Source of the DNA: Eledone cirrhosa
Lineage: Eukaryota
Length of the DNA stretch: 64,000 bases
Assembly: GCA_964016885.1 (NCBI GenBank)
Contig: OZ024745.1
Span: forward strand, 18,228,001-18,292,000
Direction: 5' to 3'
In this document: positions 39,287-51,900 of the stretch, one piece after another
Layout of the letters: each line of letters opens with the position of its first letter
How positions within the stretch are numbered: position 1 is the stretch's first letter
Notes under the pieces: generated by a model
The model's database searches: none
What the model saw: the letters and a program-made list of their open reading frames with translations, nothing else
Told to the model about the DNA's origin: nothing
Program-made: the position numbers and the translations under genes

Positions 39287-42200
39287 ATCTAAGTGCAATA
39301 ACCTTCCCCTAGAACCATGGTGGTGTGTGTGGGCACACTTCTAGCTCGTCTAAGTGCAATAACTTCCCCTAGTACCATGGTGGTGTGTGTTGGCACACTG
39401 CTAGTTCGTCTAAGTGCAATAACCTTCGCCTAACACCATGGTGGTGTGTGTTGGCACACTGCTAGTTCGTCTAAGTGCAATAACCTTCGCCTAACACCAT
39501 GGTGGTGTGTGTTGGCACTCTGCTAGTTCGTCTAAGTGCAATAACTTCCCCTAACACCATGGTGGTGTGTGTTGGCACACTGCTAGTTCATCTAAGTGCA
39601 ATAACCTTCCCCTAGTACCATGGTGGTGTGTGTTGGCACACGGCTAGTTCGTCTAAGTGCAATAACCTTCCCCTAATACCATGGTGGTGTGTGTTGGCAC
39701 ACGGCTTGTTCGTCTGAGCGCAATAACTTTCCCCTAGCACCATGGTGGTGTGTGTTGGCACACGGCTAGTTCGTCTGAGAGCAATAACTTTCCCCTAGTA
39801 CCATGGTGGTGTGTGTTGGCACACTGCTAGTTCGTCTAAGTGCAATAACCTTCCCCTAACACCATGGTGGTGTGTGTTGGCACACGGCTAGTTCGGCTAA
39901 GTGCAATAACCTTCCCCTAACACCATGTTGGTGTGTGTTGGCACACTGCTAGTTCGTCTGAGTGCAATAACCTTCCCCTAACACCATGGTGGTGTGTGTT
40001 GGCACACTGCTAGTTCGGCTAAGTGCAATAACCTTCCCCTAACACCATGGTGGTGTGTGTTGGCACACTGCTAGTTAGCCTAAGTGCAATAACTTCCCCT
40101 AACACCATGGTGGTGTGTGTTGGCACACTGCTAGTTCGTCTGAGTGCAATAACCTTCCCCTAACACCATGGTGGTGTGTGTTGGCACACTGCTAGTTCGT
40201 CTAAGTGCAATAACCTTCCCCTAACACCATGGTGGTGTGTGTTGGCACACTGCTAGTTCGGTTAAGTGCAATAACCTTCCCCTAACACCATGGTGGTGTT
40301 TGTTGGCACACTGCTAGTTCGTCTGAGTGCAATAACCTTCCCCTAGTACCATGGTGGTGTGTGTTAGCACACTGCTAGTTCGTCTGAGTGCAATAACCTT
40401 CCCCTAACACCATGGTGGTGTGTGTTGGCACACTGCTAGTTCGTCTAAGTGCAATAACCTTCCCCTAGTACCATGGTGGTGTGTGTTGGCACACTGCTAG
40501 TTCGTCTGAGTGCAATAACCTTCCCCTAACACCATGGTGGTGTGTGTTGGCACACTGCTTGTTCGTCTGAGTGTAATAACATTCCCCTAGTACCATGGTG
40601 GTGTGTGTTGGCACACTGCTAGTTCGTCTGAGTACAATAACTTTTCCCTAGTCCCATGGTGGCGTGTGTTGGCACACTGCTAGTTCGTCTGAGTGCAATA
40701 ACCTTCGCCTAGCACCATGGTGGTGTGTGTTGGCACACTGCTAGTTCGTCTAAGTGCAATAACTTCCCCTAACACCATGGTGGTGTGTGTTGGCACACTG
40801 CTAGTTCGTCTAAGTGCAATAACCTTCCCCTAGAACCATGGTGGTGTGTGTTGGCACACTGCTAGTTCGTCTAAGTGCAATAACCTTCCCCTAGAACCAT
40901 GGTGGTGTGTGTTGGCACACTGCTAGTTCGTCTAAGTGCAATAACCTTCCCCTAGCACCATGGTGGTGTGTGTTGGCACACTGCTAGTTCGTCTGAGTAT
41001 AATAACTTTTCCATAGTCCCATGGTGGCGTGTGTTGGCACACTGCTAGTTCGTCTAAGTGCAATAACTTCCCCTAACACCATGGTGGTGTGTGTTAGCAC
41101 ACTGCTAGTTCGTCTAAGTGCAATAACCTTCCCCTAGTACCATGGTGGTGTGTGTTGGCACACTGCTAGTTCGTCTAAGTGCAATAACCTTCGCCTAGCA
41201 CCATGGTGGTGTGTTTTGGCACACTGCTAGTTCATCTAAGTGCAATAACCTTCCCCTAGTACCATGGTGGTGTGTGTTGGCACACGGCTAGTTCGTCTGA
41301 GTGCAATAACCTTCCCCTAGAACCATGGTGGTGTGTGTGGGCACACTTCTAGTTCGTCTAACTGCAATAACTTCCCCTAACACCATGGTGGTGTGTGTTG
41401 GCACACGGCTAGTTCGTCTAAGTGCAATAACCTTCCCCTAATACCATGGTGGTGTGTGTTGGCACACTGCTAGTTCGTCTAAGTGCAATAACATTCCCCT
41501 AGTACCATGGTGGTGTGTGTTGGCACACTGCTAGTTCGTCTAAGTGCAATAACCTTCCCCTAACACCATGGTGGTGTGTGTTGGCACACTGCTAGTTCGT
41601 CTAAGTGCAATAACCTTTCCCTAGCACCATGGTGGTGTGTGTTGGCACACTGCTAGTTCGTCTAAGTGCAATAACCTTCCCCTAGTACCATTGTGGTGTG
41701 TGCTGGCACACTGCTAGTTCGTCTAAGTGCAATAACTTCCCCTAACCCCATGGTGGTGTGTGTTGGGACACTGCTAGTTCGTCTAAGTGCAATAACCTTC
41801 CCCTAGTACCATGGTGGTGTGTGTTGGCACACGGCTAGTTCGTCTAAGTGCAATAACCTTCCCCTAATACCATGGTGGTGTGTGTTGGCACACGGCTTGT
41901 TCGTCTGAGCGCAATAACTTTCCCCTAGCACCATGGTGGTGTGTGTTGGCACACGGCTAGTTCGTCTGAGCGCAATAACTTTCCCCTAGTACCATGGTGG
42001 TGTGTGTTGGCACACTGCTAGTTCGTCTAAGTGCAATAACCTTCCCCTAACACCATGGTGGTGTGTGTTGGCACACGGCTAGTTCGGCTAAGTGCAATAA
42101 CCTTCCCCTAACACCATGTTGGTGTGTGTTGGCACACTGCTAGTTCGTCTGAGTGCAATAACCTTCCCCTAACACCATGGTGGTGTGTGTTGGCACACTG

Positions 42201-45200
42201 CTAGTTCGGCTAAGTGCAATAACCTTCCCCTAATACCATGGTGGTGTGTGTTGGCACACGGCTTGTTCGTCTGAGCGCAATAACTTTCCCCTAGTACCAT
42301 GGTGGTGTGTGTTGGCACACAGCTAGTTCGTCTGAGTGCAATAACCTTCCCCTAATACCATGGTGGTGTGTGTTGGCACACTGCTACTTCGTCTAAGTGC
42401 AATAACCTTCCCCTAACACCATGGTGGTGTGTGTTGGCACACTGCTAGTTCGGCTAAGTGCAATAACCTTCCCCTAACACCATGGTGGTGGGTGTTGGCA
42501 CACTGCTAGTTCGGCTATGTGCAATAAACTTCCCCTAACACCATGGTGGTGTGTGTTGGCACACTGCTAGTTCGGCTAAGTGCATTAACCTTCCCCTAAC
42601 ACCATGGTGGTGTGTGTTGGCACACTGCTAGTTCGTCTGAGTGCAATAACCTTCCCCTAACACCATGGTGGTGTGTGTTAGCACACTGCTAGTTCGTCTG
42701 AGTGCAATAACCTTCCCCTAACACCATGGTGGTGTGTGTTGGCACACTGCTAGTTCGTCTAAGTGCAATAACCTTCGCCTAGCACCATGGTGGTGTGTGT
42801 TGGCATTCTGCTAGTTCGTGTAAGTGCAATAACCTTCCCCTAGTACCATGGTGGTGTGTGTTGGCACACTGCTAGTTCGTCTAAGTGCAATAACCTTCGC
42901 CTAGCACCATGGTGGTGTGTGTTGGCACACTGCTAGTTCGTCTGAGTGCAATAACCTTCCCCTAACACCATGGTGGTGTGTGTTGGCACAGGGCTAGTTC
43001 GTCTGAGTGCAATAACCTTCCCCTAACACCATGTTGGTGTGTGTTGGCACACTGCTAATTCGTCTGAGTGCAATAACCTTCGCCTAACACCATGGTGGTG
43101 TGTGTTGGCACACTGCTAGTTCGTCTAAGTGCAATAACTTCCCCTAACACCATGGTGGTGTGTGTTGGCACACTGCTAGTTCGTCTAAGTGCAATAACCT
43201 TCCCCTAGTACCATGGTGGTGTGTGTTGGCACACTGCTAGTTCGTCTGAGTGCAATAACCTTCCCCTAGAACCATGGTGGTGTGTGTGGGCACACTGCTA
43301 GTTCGTCTAAGTGCAATAACTTCCCCTAACACCATGGTGGTGTGTGTTGGCACACTGCTAGTTCGTCTAAGTGCAATAACCTTCCCCTAGTGCCATGGTG
43401 GTGTGTGTTGGCACACTGCTAGTTCGTCTAAGTGCAATAACCTTCGCCTAGCACCATGGTGGTGTGTGTTGGCACACTGCTAGTTCATCTAAGTGCAATA
43501 ACCTTCCCCTAGAACCATGGTGGTGTGTGTGGGCACACTTCTAGCTCGTCTAAGTGCAATAACTTCCCCTAGTACCATGGTGGTGTGTGTTGGCACACTG
43601 CTAGTTCGTCTAAGTGCAATAACCTTCGCCTAACACCATGGTGGTGTGTGTTGGCACACTGCTAGTTCGTCTAAGTGCAATAACCTTCGCCTAACACCAT
43701 GGTGGTGTGTGTTGGCACTCTGCTAGTTCGTCTAAGTGCAATAACTTCCCCTAACACCATGGTGGTGTGTGTTGGCACACTGCTAGTTCATCTAAGTGCA
43801 ATAACCTTCCCCTAGTACCATGGTGGTGTGTGTTGGCACACGGCTAGTTCGTCTAAGTGCAATAACCTTCCCCTAATACCATGGTGGTGTGTGTTGGCAC
43901 ACGGCTTGTTCGTCTGAGCGCAATAACTTTCCCCTAGCACCATGGTGGTGTGTGTTGGCACACGGCTAGTTCGTCTGAGAGCAATAACTTTCCCCTAGTA
44001 CCATGGTGGTGTGTGTTGGCACACTGCTAGTTCGTCTAAGTGCAATAACCTTCCCCTAACACCATGGTGGTGTGTGTTGGCACACGGCTAGTTCGGCTAA
44101 GTGCAATAACCTTCCCCTAACACCATGTTGGTGTGTGTTGGCACACTGCTAGTTCGTCTGAGTGCAATAACCTTCCCCTAACACCATGGTGGTGTGTGTT
44201 GGCACACTGCTAGTTCGGCTAAGTGCAATAACCTTCCCCTAACACCATGGTGGTGTGTGTTGGCACACTGCTAGTTAGCCTAAGTGCAATAACTTCCCCT
44301 AACACCATGGTGGTGTGTGTTGGCACACTGCTAGTTCGTCTGAGTGCAATAACCTTCCCCTAACACCATGGTGGTGTGTGTTGGCACACTGCTAGTTCGT
44401 CTAAGTGCAATAACCTTCCCCTAACACCATGGTGGTGTGTGTTGGCACACTGCTAGTTCGGTTAAGTGCAATAACCTTCCCCTAACACCATGGTGGTGTT
44501 TGTTGGCACACTGCTAGTTCGTCTGAGTGCAATAACCTTCCCCTAGTACCATGGTGGTGTGTGTTAGCACACTGCTAGTTCGTCTGAGTGCAATAACCTT
44601 CCCCTAACACCATGGTGGTGTGTGTTGGCACACTGCTAGTTCGTCTAAGTGCAATAACCTTCCCCTAGTACCATGGTGGTGTGTGTTGGCACACTGCTAG
44701 TTCGTCTGAGTGCAATAACCTTCCCCTAACACCATGGTGGTGTGTGTTGGCACACTGCTTGTTCGTCTGAGTGTAATAACATTCCCCTAGTACCATGGTG
44801 GTGTGTGTTGGCACACTGCTAGTTCGTCTGAGTACAATAACTTTTCCCTAGTCCCATGGTGGCGTGTGTTGGCACACTGCTAGTTCGTCTGAGTGCAATA
44901 ACCTTCGCCTAGCACCATGGTGGTGTGTGTTGGCACACTGCTAGTTCGTCTAAGTGCAATAACTTCCCCTAACACCATGGTGGTGTGTGTTGGCACACTG
45001 CTAGTTCGTCTAAGTGCAATAACCTTCCCCTAGAACCATGGTGGTGTGTGTTGGCACACTGCTAGTTCGTCTAAGTGCAATAACCTTCCCCTAGAACCAT
45101 GGTGGTGTGTGTTGGCACACTGCTAGTTCGTCTAAGTGCAATAACCTTCCCCTAGCACCATGGTGGTGTGTGTTGGCACACTGCTAGTTCGTCTGAGTAT

Positions 45201-46879
45201 AATAACTTTTCCATAGTCCCATGGTGGCGTGTGTTGGCACACTGCTAGTTCGTCTAAGTGCAATAACTTCCCCTAACACCATGGTGGTGTGTGTTAGCAC
45301 ACTGCTAGTTCGTCTAAGTGCAATAACCTTCCCCTAGTACCATGGTGGTGTGTGTTGGCACACTGCTAGTTCGTCTAAGTGCAATAACCTTCGCCTAGCA
45401 CCATGGTGGTGTGTTTTGGCACACTGCTAGTTCATCTAAGTGCAATAACCTTCCCCTAGTACCATGGTGGTGTGTGTTGGCACACGGCTAGTTCGTCTGA
45501 GTGCAATAACCTTCCCCTAGAACCATGGTGGTGTGTGTGGGCACACTTCTAGTTCGTCTAACTGCAATAACTTCCCCTAACACCATGGTGGTGTGTGTTG
45601 GCACACGGCTAGTTCGTCTAAGTGCAATAACCTTCCCCTAATACCATGGTGGTGTGTGTTGGCACACTGCTAGTTCGTCTAAGTGCAATAACATTCCCCT
45701 AGTACCATGGTGGTGTGTGTTGGCACACTGCTAGTTCGTCTAAGTGCAATAACCTTCCCCTAACACCATGGTGGTGTGTGTTGGCACACTGCTAGTTCGT
45801 CTAAGTGCAATAACCTTTCCCTAGCACCATGGTGGTGTGTGTTGGCACACTGCTAGTTCGTCTAAGTGCAATAACCTTCCCCTAGTACCATTGTGGTGTG
45901 TGCTGGCACACTGCTAGTTCGTCTAAGTGCAATAACTTCCCCTAACCCCATGGTGGTGTGTGTTGGGACACTGCTAGTTCGTCTAAGTGCAATAACCTTC
46001 CCCTAGTACCATGGTGGTGTGTGTTGGCACACGGCTAGTTCGTCTAAGTGCAATAACCTTCCCCTAATACCATGGTGGTGTGTGTTGGCACACGGCTTGT
46101 TCGTCTGAGCGCAATAACTTTCCCCTAGCACCATGGTGGTGTGTGTTGGCACACGGCTAGTTCGTCTGAGCGCAATAACTTTCCCCTAGTACCATGGTGG
46201 TGTGTGTTGGCACACTGCTAGTTCGTCTAAGTGCAATAACCTTCCCCTAACACCATGGTGGTGTGTGTTGGCACACGGCTAGTTCGGCTAAGTGCAATAA
46301 CCTTCCCCTAACACCATGTTGGTGTGTGTTGGCACACTGCTAGTTCGTCTGAGTGCAATAACCTTCCCCTAACACCATGGTGGTGTGTGTTGGCACACTG
46401 CTAGTTCGGCTAAGTGCAATAACCTTCCCCTAATACCATGGTGGTGTGTGTTGGCACACGGCTTGTTCGTCTGAGCGCAATAACTTTCCCCTAGTACCAT
46501 GGTGGTGTGTGTTGGCACACAGCTAGTTCGTCTGAGTGCAATAACCTTCCCCTAATACCATGGTGGTGTGTGTTGGCACACTGCTACTTCGTCTAAGTGC
46601 AATAACCTTCCCCTAACACCATGGTGGTGTGTGTTGGCACACTGCTAGTTCGGCTAAGTGCAATAACCTTCCCCTAACACCATGGTGGTGGGTGTTGGCA
46701 CACTGCTAGTTCGGCTATGTGCAATAAACTTCCCCTAACACCATGGTGGTGTGTGTTGGCACACTGCTAGTTCGGCTAAGTGCATTAACCTTCCCCTAAC
46801 ACCATGGTGGTGTGTGTTGGCACACTGCTAGTTCGTCTGAGTGCAATAACCTTCCCCTAACACCATGGTGGTGTGTGTT
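38462..46879. repeat. Apparently perfect tandem duplication, 4200-bp period (69 monomers): 38462-42679 repeated at 42662-46879
   Basis: Printed lines that I compared at +4200 are identical (e.g. 38581/42781, 40981/45181, 41641/45841). The variants GTGTAATAAC (40571/44771) and GTGGTGGGTGTT (G at 42491/46691) were seen only in these two copies. Confidence 0.95.
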
Positions 46880-48989
46880 GGCACACTGCTAGTTCGGCTA
46901 AGTGCAATAACCTTCCCCTAACACCATGGTGGTGTGTGTTGGCACATTGCTAGTTCGCCTAAGTGCAATAACTTCCCCTAACACCATGGTGGTGTGTGTT
47001 GGCACACTGCTAGTTCGTCTGAGTGCAATAACCTTCCCCTAACACCATGGTGGTGTGTGTTGGCACACTGCTAGTTCGGCTAAGTACAATAACTTTCCCC
47101 TAGTACCATGGTGGTGTGTGTTGGCACACTGCTAGTTCGTCTAAGTGCAATAACCTTCCCCTAACACCATGGTGGTGTGTGTTGGCACACTGCTAGTTTG
47201 GCTAAGTGCAATAACCTTCCCCTAACACCATGGTGGTGTTTGTTGGCACACTGCTAGTTCGTCTAAGTGCAATAACCTTCCCCTAGTACCATGGTGGTGT
47301 GTGTTAGCACACTGCTAGTTCGTCTGAGTGCAATAACCTTCCCCTAACACCATGGTGGTGTGTGTTGGCACACTGCTAGTTCGTCTAAGTGCAATAACCT
47401 TCGCCTAGCACCATGGTGGTGTGTGTTGGCATTCTGCTAGTTCGTGTAAGTGCAATAACCTTCCCCTAGTACCATGGTGGTGTGTGTTGGCACACTGCTA
47501 GTTCGTCTAAGTGCAATAACCTTCGCCTAGCACCATGGTGGTGTGTGTTGGCACACTGCTAGTTCGTCTGAGTGCAATAACCTTCCCCTAACACCATGGT
47601 GGTGTGTGTTGGCACAGGGCTAGTTCGTCTGAGTGCAATAACCTTCCCCTAACACCATGTTGGTGTGTGTTGGCACACTGCTAATTCGTCTGAGTGCAAT
47701 AACCTTCGCCTAACACCATGGTGGTGTGTGTTGGCACACTGCTAGTTCGTCTAAGTGCAATAACTTCCCCTAACACCATGGTGGTGTGTGTTGGCACACT
47801 GCTAGTTCGTCTAAGTGCAATAACCTTTCCCTAGTACCATGGTGGTGTGTGTTGGCACACTGCTAGTTCGTCTGAGTGCAATAACCTTCCCCTAGAACCA
47901 TGGTGGTGTGTGTGGGCACACTGCTAGTTCGTCTAAGTGCAATAACTTCCCCTAACACCATGGTGGTGTGTGTTGGCACACTGCTAGTTCGTCTAAGTGC
48001 AATAACCTTCCCCTAGTGCCATGGTGGTGTGTGTTGGCACACTGCTAGTTCGTCTAAGTGCAATAACCTTCGCCTAGCACCATGGTGGTGTGTGTTGGCA
48101 CACTGCTAGTTCATCTAAGTGCAATAACCTTCCCCTAGAACCATGGTGGTGTGTGTGGGCACACTTCTAGCTCGTCTAAGTGCAATAACTTCCCCTAGTA
48201 CCATGGTGGTGTGTGTTGGCACACTGCTAGTTCGTCTAAGTGCAATAACCTTCGCCTAACACCATGGTGGTGTGTGTTGGCACACTGCTAGTTCGTCTAA
48301 GTGCAATAACCTTCGCCTAACACCATGGTGGTGTGTGTTGGCACTCTGCTAGTTCGTCTAAGTGCAATAACTTCCCCTAACACCATGGTGGTGTGTGTTG
48401 GCACACTGCTAGTTCATCTAAGTGCAATAACCTTCCCCTAGTACCATGGTGGTGTGTGTTGGCACACGGCTAGTTCGTCTAAGTGCAATAACCTTCCCCT
48501 AATACCATGGTGGTGTGTGTTGGCACACGGCTTGTTCGTCTGAGCGCAATAACTTTCCCCTAGCACCATGGTGGTGTGTGTTGGCACACGGCTAGTTCGT
48601 CTGAGAGCAATAACTTTCCCCTAGTACCATGGTGGTGTGTGTTGGCACACTGCTAGTTCGTCTAAGTGCAATAACCTTCCCCTAACACCATGGTGGTGTG
48701 TGTTGGCACACGGCTAGTTCGGCTAAGTGCAATAACCTTCCCCTAACACCATGTTGGTGTGTGTTGGCACACTGCTAGTTCGTCTGAGTGCAATAACCTT
48801 CCCCTAACACCATGGTGGTGTGTGTTGGCACACTGCTAGTTCGGCTAAGTGCAATAACCTTCCCCTAACACCATGGTGGTGTGTGTTGGCACACTGCTAG
48901 TTAGCCTAAGTGCAATAACTTCCCCTAACACCATGGTGGTGTGTGTTGGCACACTGCTAGTTCGTCTGAGTGCAATAACCTTCCCCTAA

Positions 48990-51900
48990 CACCATGGTGG
49001 TGTGTGTTGGCACACTGCTAGTTCGTCTAAGTGCAATAACCTTCCCCTAACACCATGGTGGTGTGTGTTGGCACACTGCTAGTTCGGTTAAGTGCAATAA
49101 CCTTCCCCTAACACCATGGTGGTGTTTGTTGGCACACTGCTAGTTCGTCTGAGTGCAATAACCTTCCCCTAGTACCATGGTGGTGTGTGTTAGCACACTG
49201 CTAGTTCGTCTGAGTGCAATAACCTTCCCCTAACACCATGGTGGTGTGTGTTGGCACACTGCTAGTTCGTCTAAGTGCAATAACCTTCCCCTAGTACCAT
49301 GGTGGTGTGTGTTGGCACACTGCTAGTTCGTCTGAGTGCAATAACCTTCCCCTAACACCATGGTGGTGTGTGTTGGCACACTGCTTGTTCGTCTGAGTGC
49401 AATAACATTCCCCTAGTACCATGGTGGTGTGTGTTGGCACACTGCTAGTTCGTCTGAGTACAATAACTTTTCCCTAGTCCCATGGTGGCGTGTGTTGGCA
49501 CACTGCTAGTTCGTCTGAGTGCAATAACCTTCGCCTAGCACCATGGTGGTGTGTGTTGGCACACTGCTAGTTCGTCTAAGTGCAATAACTTCCCCTAACA
49601 CCATGGTGGTGTGTGTTGGCACACTGCTAGTTCGTCTAAGTGCAATAACCTTCCCCTAGAACCATGGTGGTGTGTGTTGGCACACTGCTAGTTCGTCTAA
49701 GTGCAATAACCTTCCCCTAGAACCATGGTGGTGTGTGTTGGCACACTGCTAGTTCGTCTAAGTGCAATAACCTTCCCCTAGCACCATGGTGGTGTGTGTT
49801 GGCACACTGCTAGTTCTTCTGAGTATAATAACTTTTCCATAGTCCCATGGTGGCGTGTGTTGGCACACTGCTAGTTCGTCTAAGTGCAATAACTTCCCCT
49901 AACACCATGGTGGTGTGTGTTAGCACACTGCTAGTTCGTCTAAGTGCAATAACCTTCCCCTAGTACCATGGTGGTGTGTGTTGGCACACTGCTAGTTCGT
50001 CTAAGTGCAATAACCTTCGCCTAGCACCATGGTGGTGTGTTTTGGCACACTGCTAGTTCATCTAAGTGCAATAACCTTCCCCTAGTACCATGGTGGTGTG
50101 TGTTGGCACACGGCTAGTTCGTCTGAGTGCAATAACCTTCCCCTAGAACCATGGTGGTGTGTGTGGGCACACTTCTAGTTCGTCTAACTGCAATAACTTC
50201 CCCTAACACCATGGTGGTGTGTGTTGGCACACTGCTAGTTCGTCTAAGTGCAATAACCTTCCCCTAACACCATGGTGGTGTGTGTTGGCACACGGCTAGT
50301 TCGGCTAAGTGCAATAACCTTCCCCTAACACCATGTTGGTGTGTGTTGGCACACTGCTAGTTCGTCTGAGTGCAATAACCTTCCCCTAACACCATGGTGG
50401 TGTGTGTTGGCACACTGCTAGTTCGGCTAAGTGCAATAACCTTCCCCTAATACCATGGTGGTGTGTGTTGGCACACGGCTTGTTCGTCTGAGCGCAATAA
50501 CTTTCCCCTAGTACCATGGTGGTGTGTGTTGGCACACAGCTAGTTCGTCTGAGTGCAATAACCTTCCCCTAATACCATGGTGGTGTGTGTTGGCACACTG
50601 CTACTTCGTCTAAGTGCAATAACCTTCCCCTAACACCATGGTGGTGTGTGTTGGCACACTGCTAGTTCGGCTAAGTGCAATAACCTTCCCCTAACACCAT
50701 GGTGGTGTGTGTTGGCACACTGCTAGTTCGGCTATGTGCAATAAACTTCCCCTAACACCATGGTGGTGTGTGTTGGCACACTGCTAGTTCGGCTAAGTGC
50801 ATTAACCTTCCCCTAACACCATGGTGGTGTGTGTTGGCACACTGCTAGTTCGTCTGAGTGCAATAACCTTCCCCTAACACCATGGTGGTGTGTGTTGGCA
50901 CACTGCTAGTTCGGCTAAGTGCAATAACCTTCCCCTAACACCATGGTGGTGTGTGTTGGCACATTGCTAGTTCGCCTAAGTGCAATAACTTCCCCTAACA
51001 CCATGGTGGTGTGTGTTGGCACACTGCTAGTTCGTCTGAGTGCAATAACCTTCCCCTAACACCATGGTGGTGTGTGTTGGCACACTGCTAGTTCGGCTAA
51101 GTACAATAACTTTCCCCTAGTACCATGGTGGTGTGTGTTGGCACACTGCTAGTTCGTCTAAGTGCAATAACCTTCCCCTAACACCATGGTGGTGTGTGTT
51201 GGCACACTGCTAGTTTGGCTAAGTGCAATAACCTTCCCCTAACACCATGGTGGTGTTTGTTGGCACACTGCTAGTTCGTCTAAGTGCAATAACCTTCCCC
51301 TAGTACCATGGTGGTGTGTGTTAGCACACTGCTAGTTCGTCTGAGTGCAATAACCTTCCCCTAACACCATGGTGGTGTGTGTTGGCACACTGCTAGTTCG
51401 TCTAAGTGCAATAACCTTCGCCTAGCACCATGGTGGTGTGTGTTGGCATTCTGCTAGTTCGTGTAAGTGCAATAACCTTCCCCTAGTACCATGGTGGTGT
51501 GTGTTGGCACACTGCTAGTTCGTCTAAGTGCAATAACCTTCCCCTAGAACCATGGTGGTGTGTGTTGGCACACTGCTAGTTCGTCTAAGTGCAATAACCT
51601 TCCCCTAGCACCATGGTGGTGTGTGTTGGCACACTGCTAGTTCTTCTGAGTATAATAACTTTTCCATAGTCCCATGGTGGCGTGTGTTGGCACACTGCTA
51701 GTTCGTCTAAGTGCAATAACTTCCCCTAACACCATGGTGGTGTGTGTTAGCACACTGCTAGTTCGTCTAAGTGCAATAACCTTCCCCTAGTACCATGGTG
51801 GTGTGTGTTGGCACACTGCTAGTTCGTCTAAGTGCAATAACCTTCCCCTAACACCATGGTGGTGTGTGTTGGCACACTGCTAGTTCGGTTAAGTGCAATA

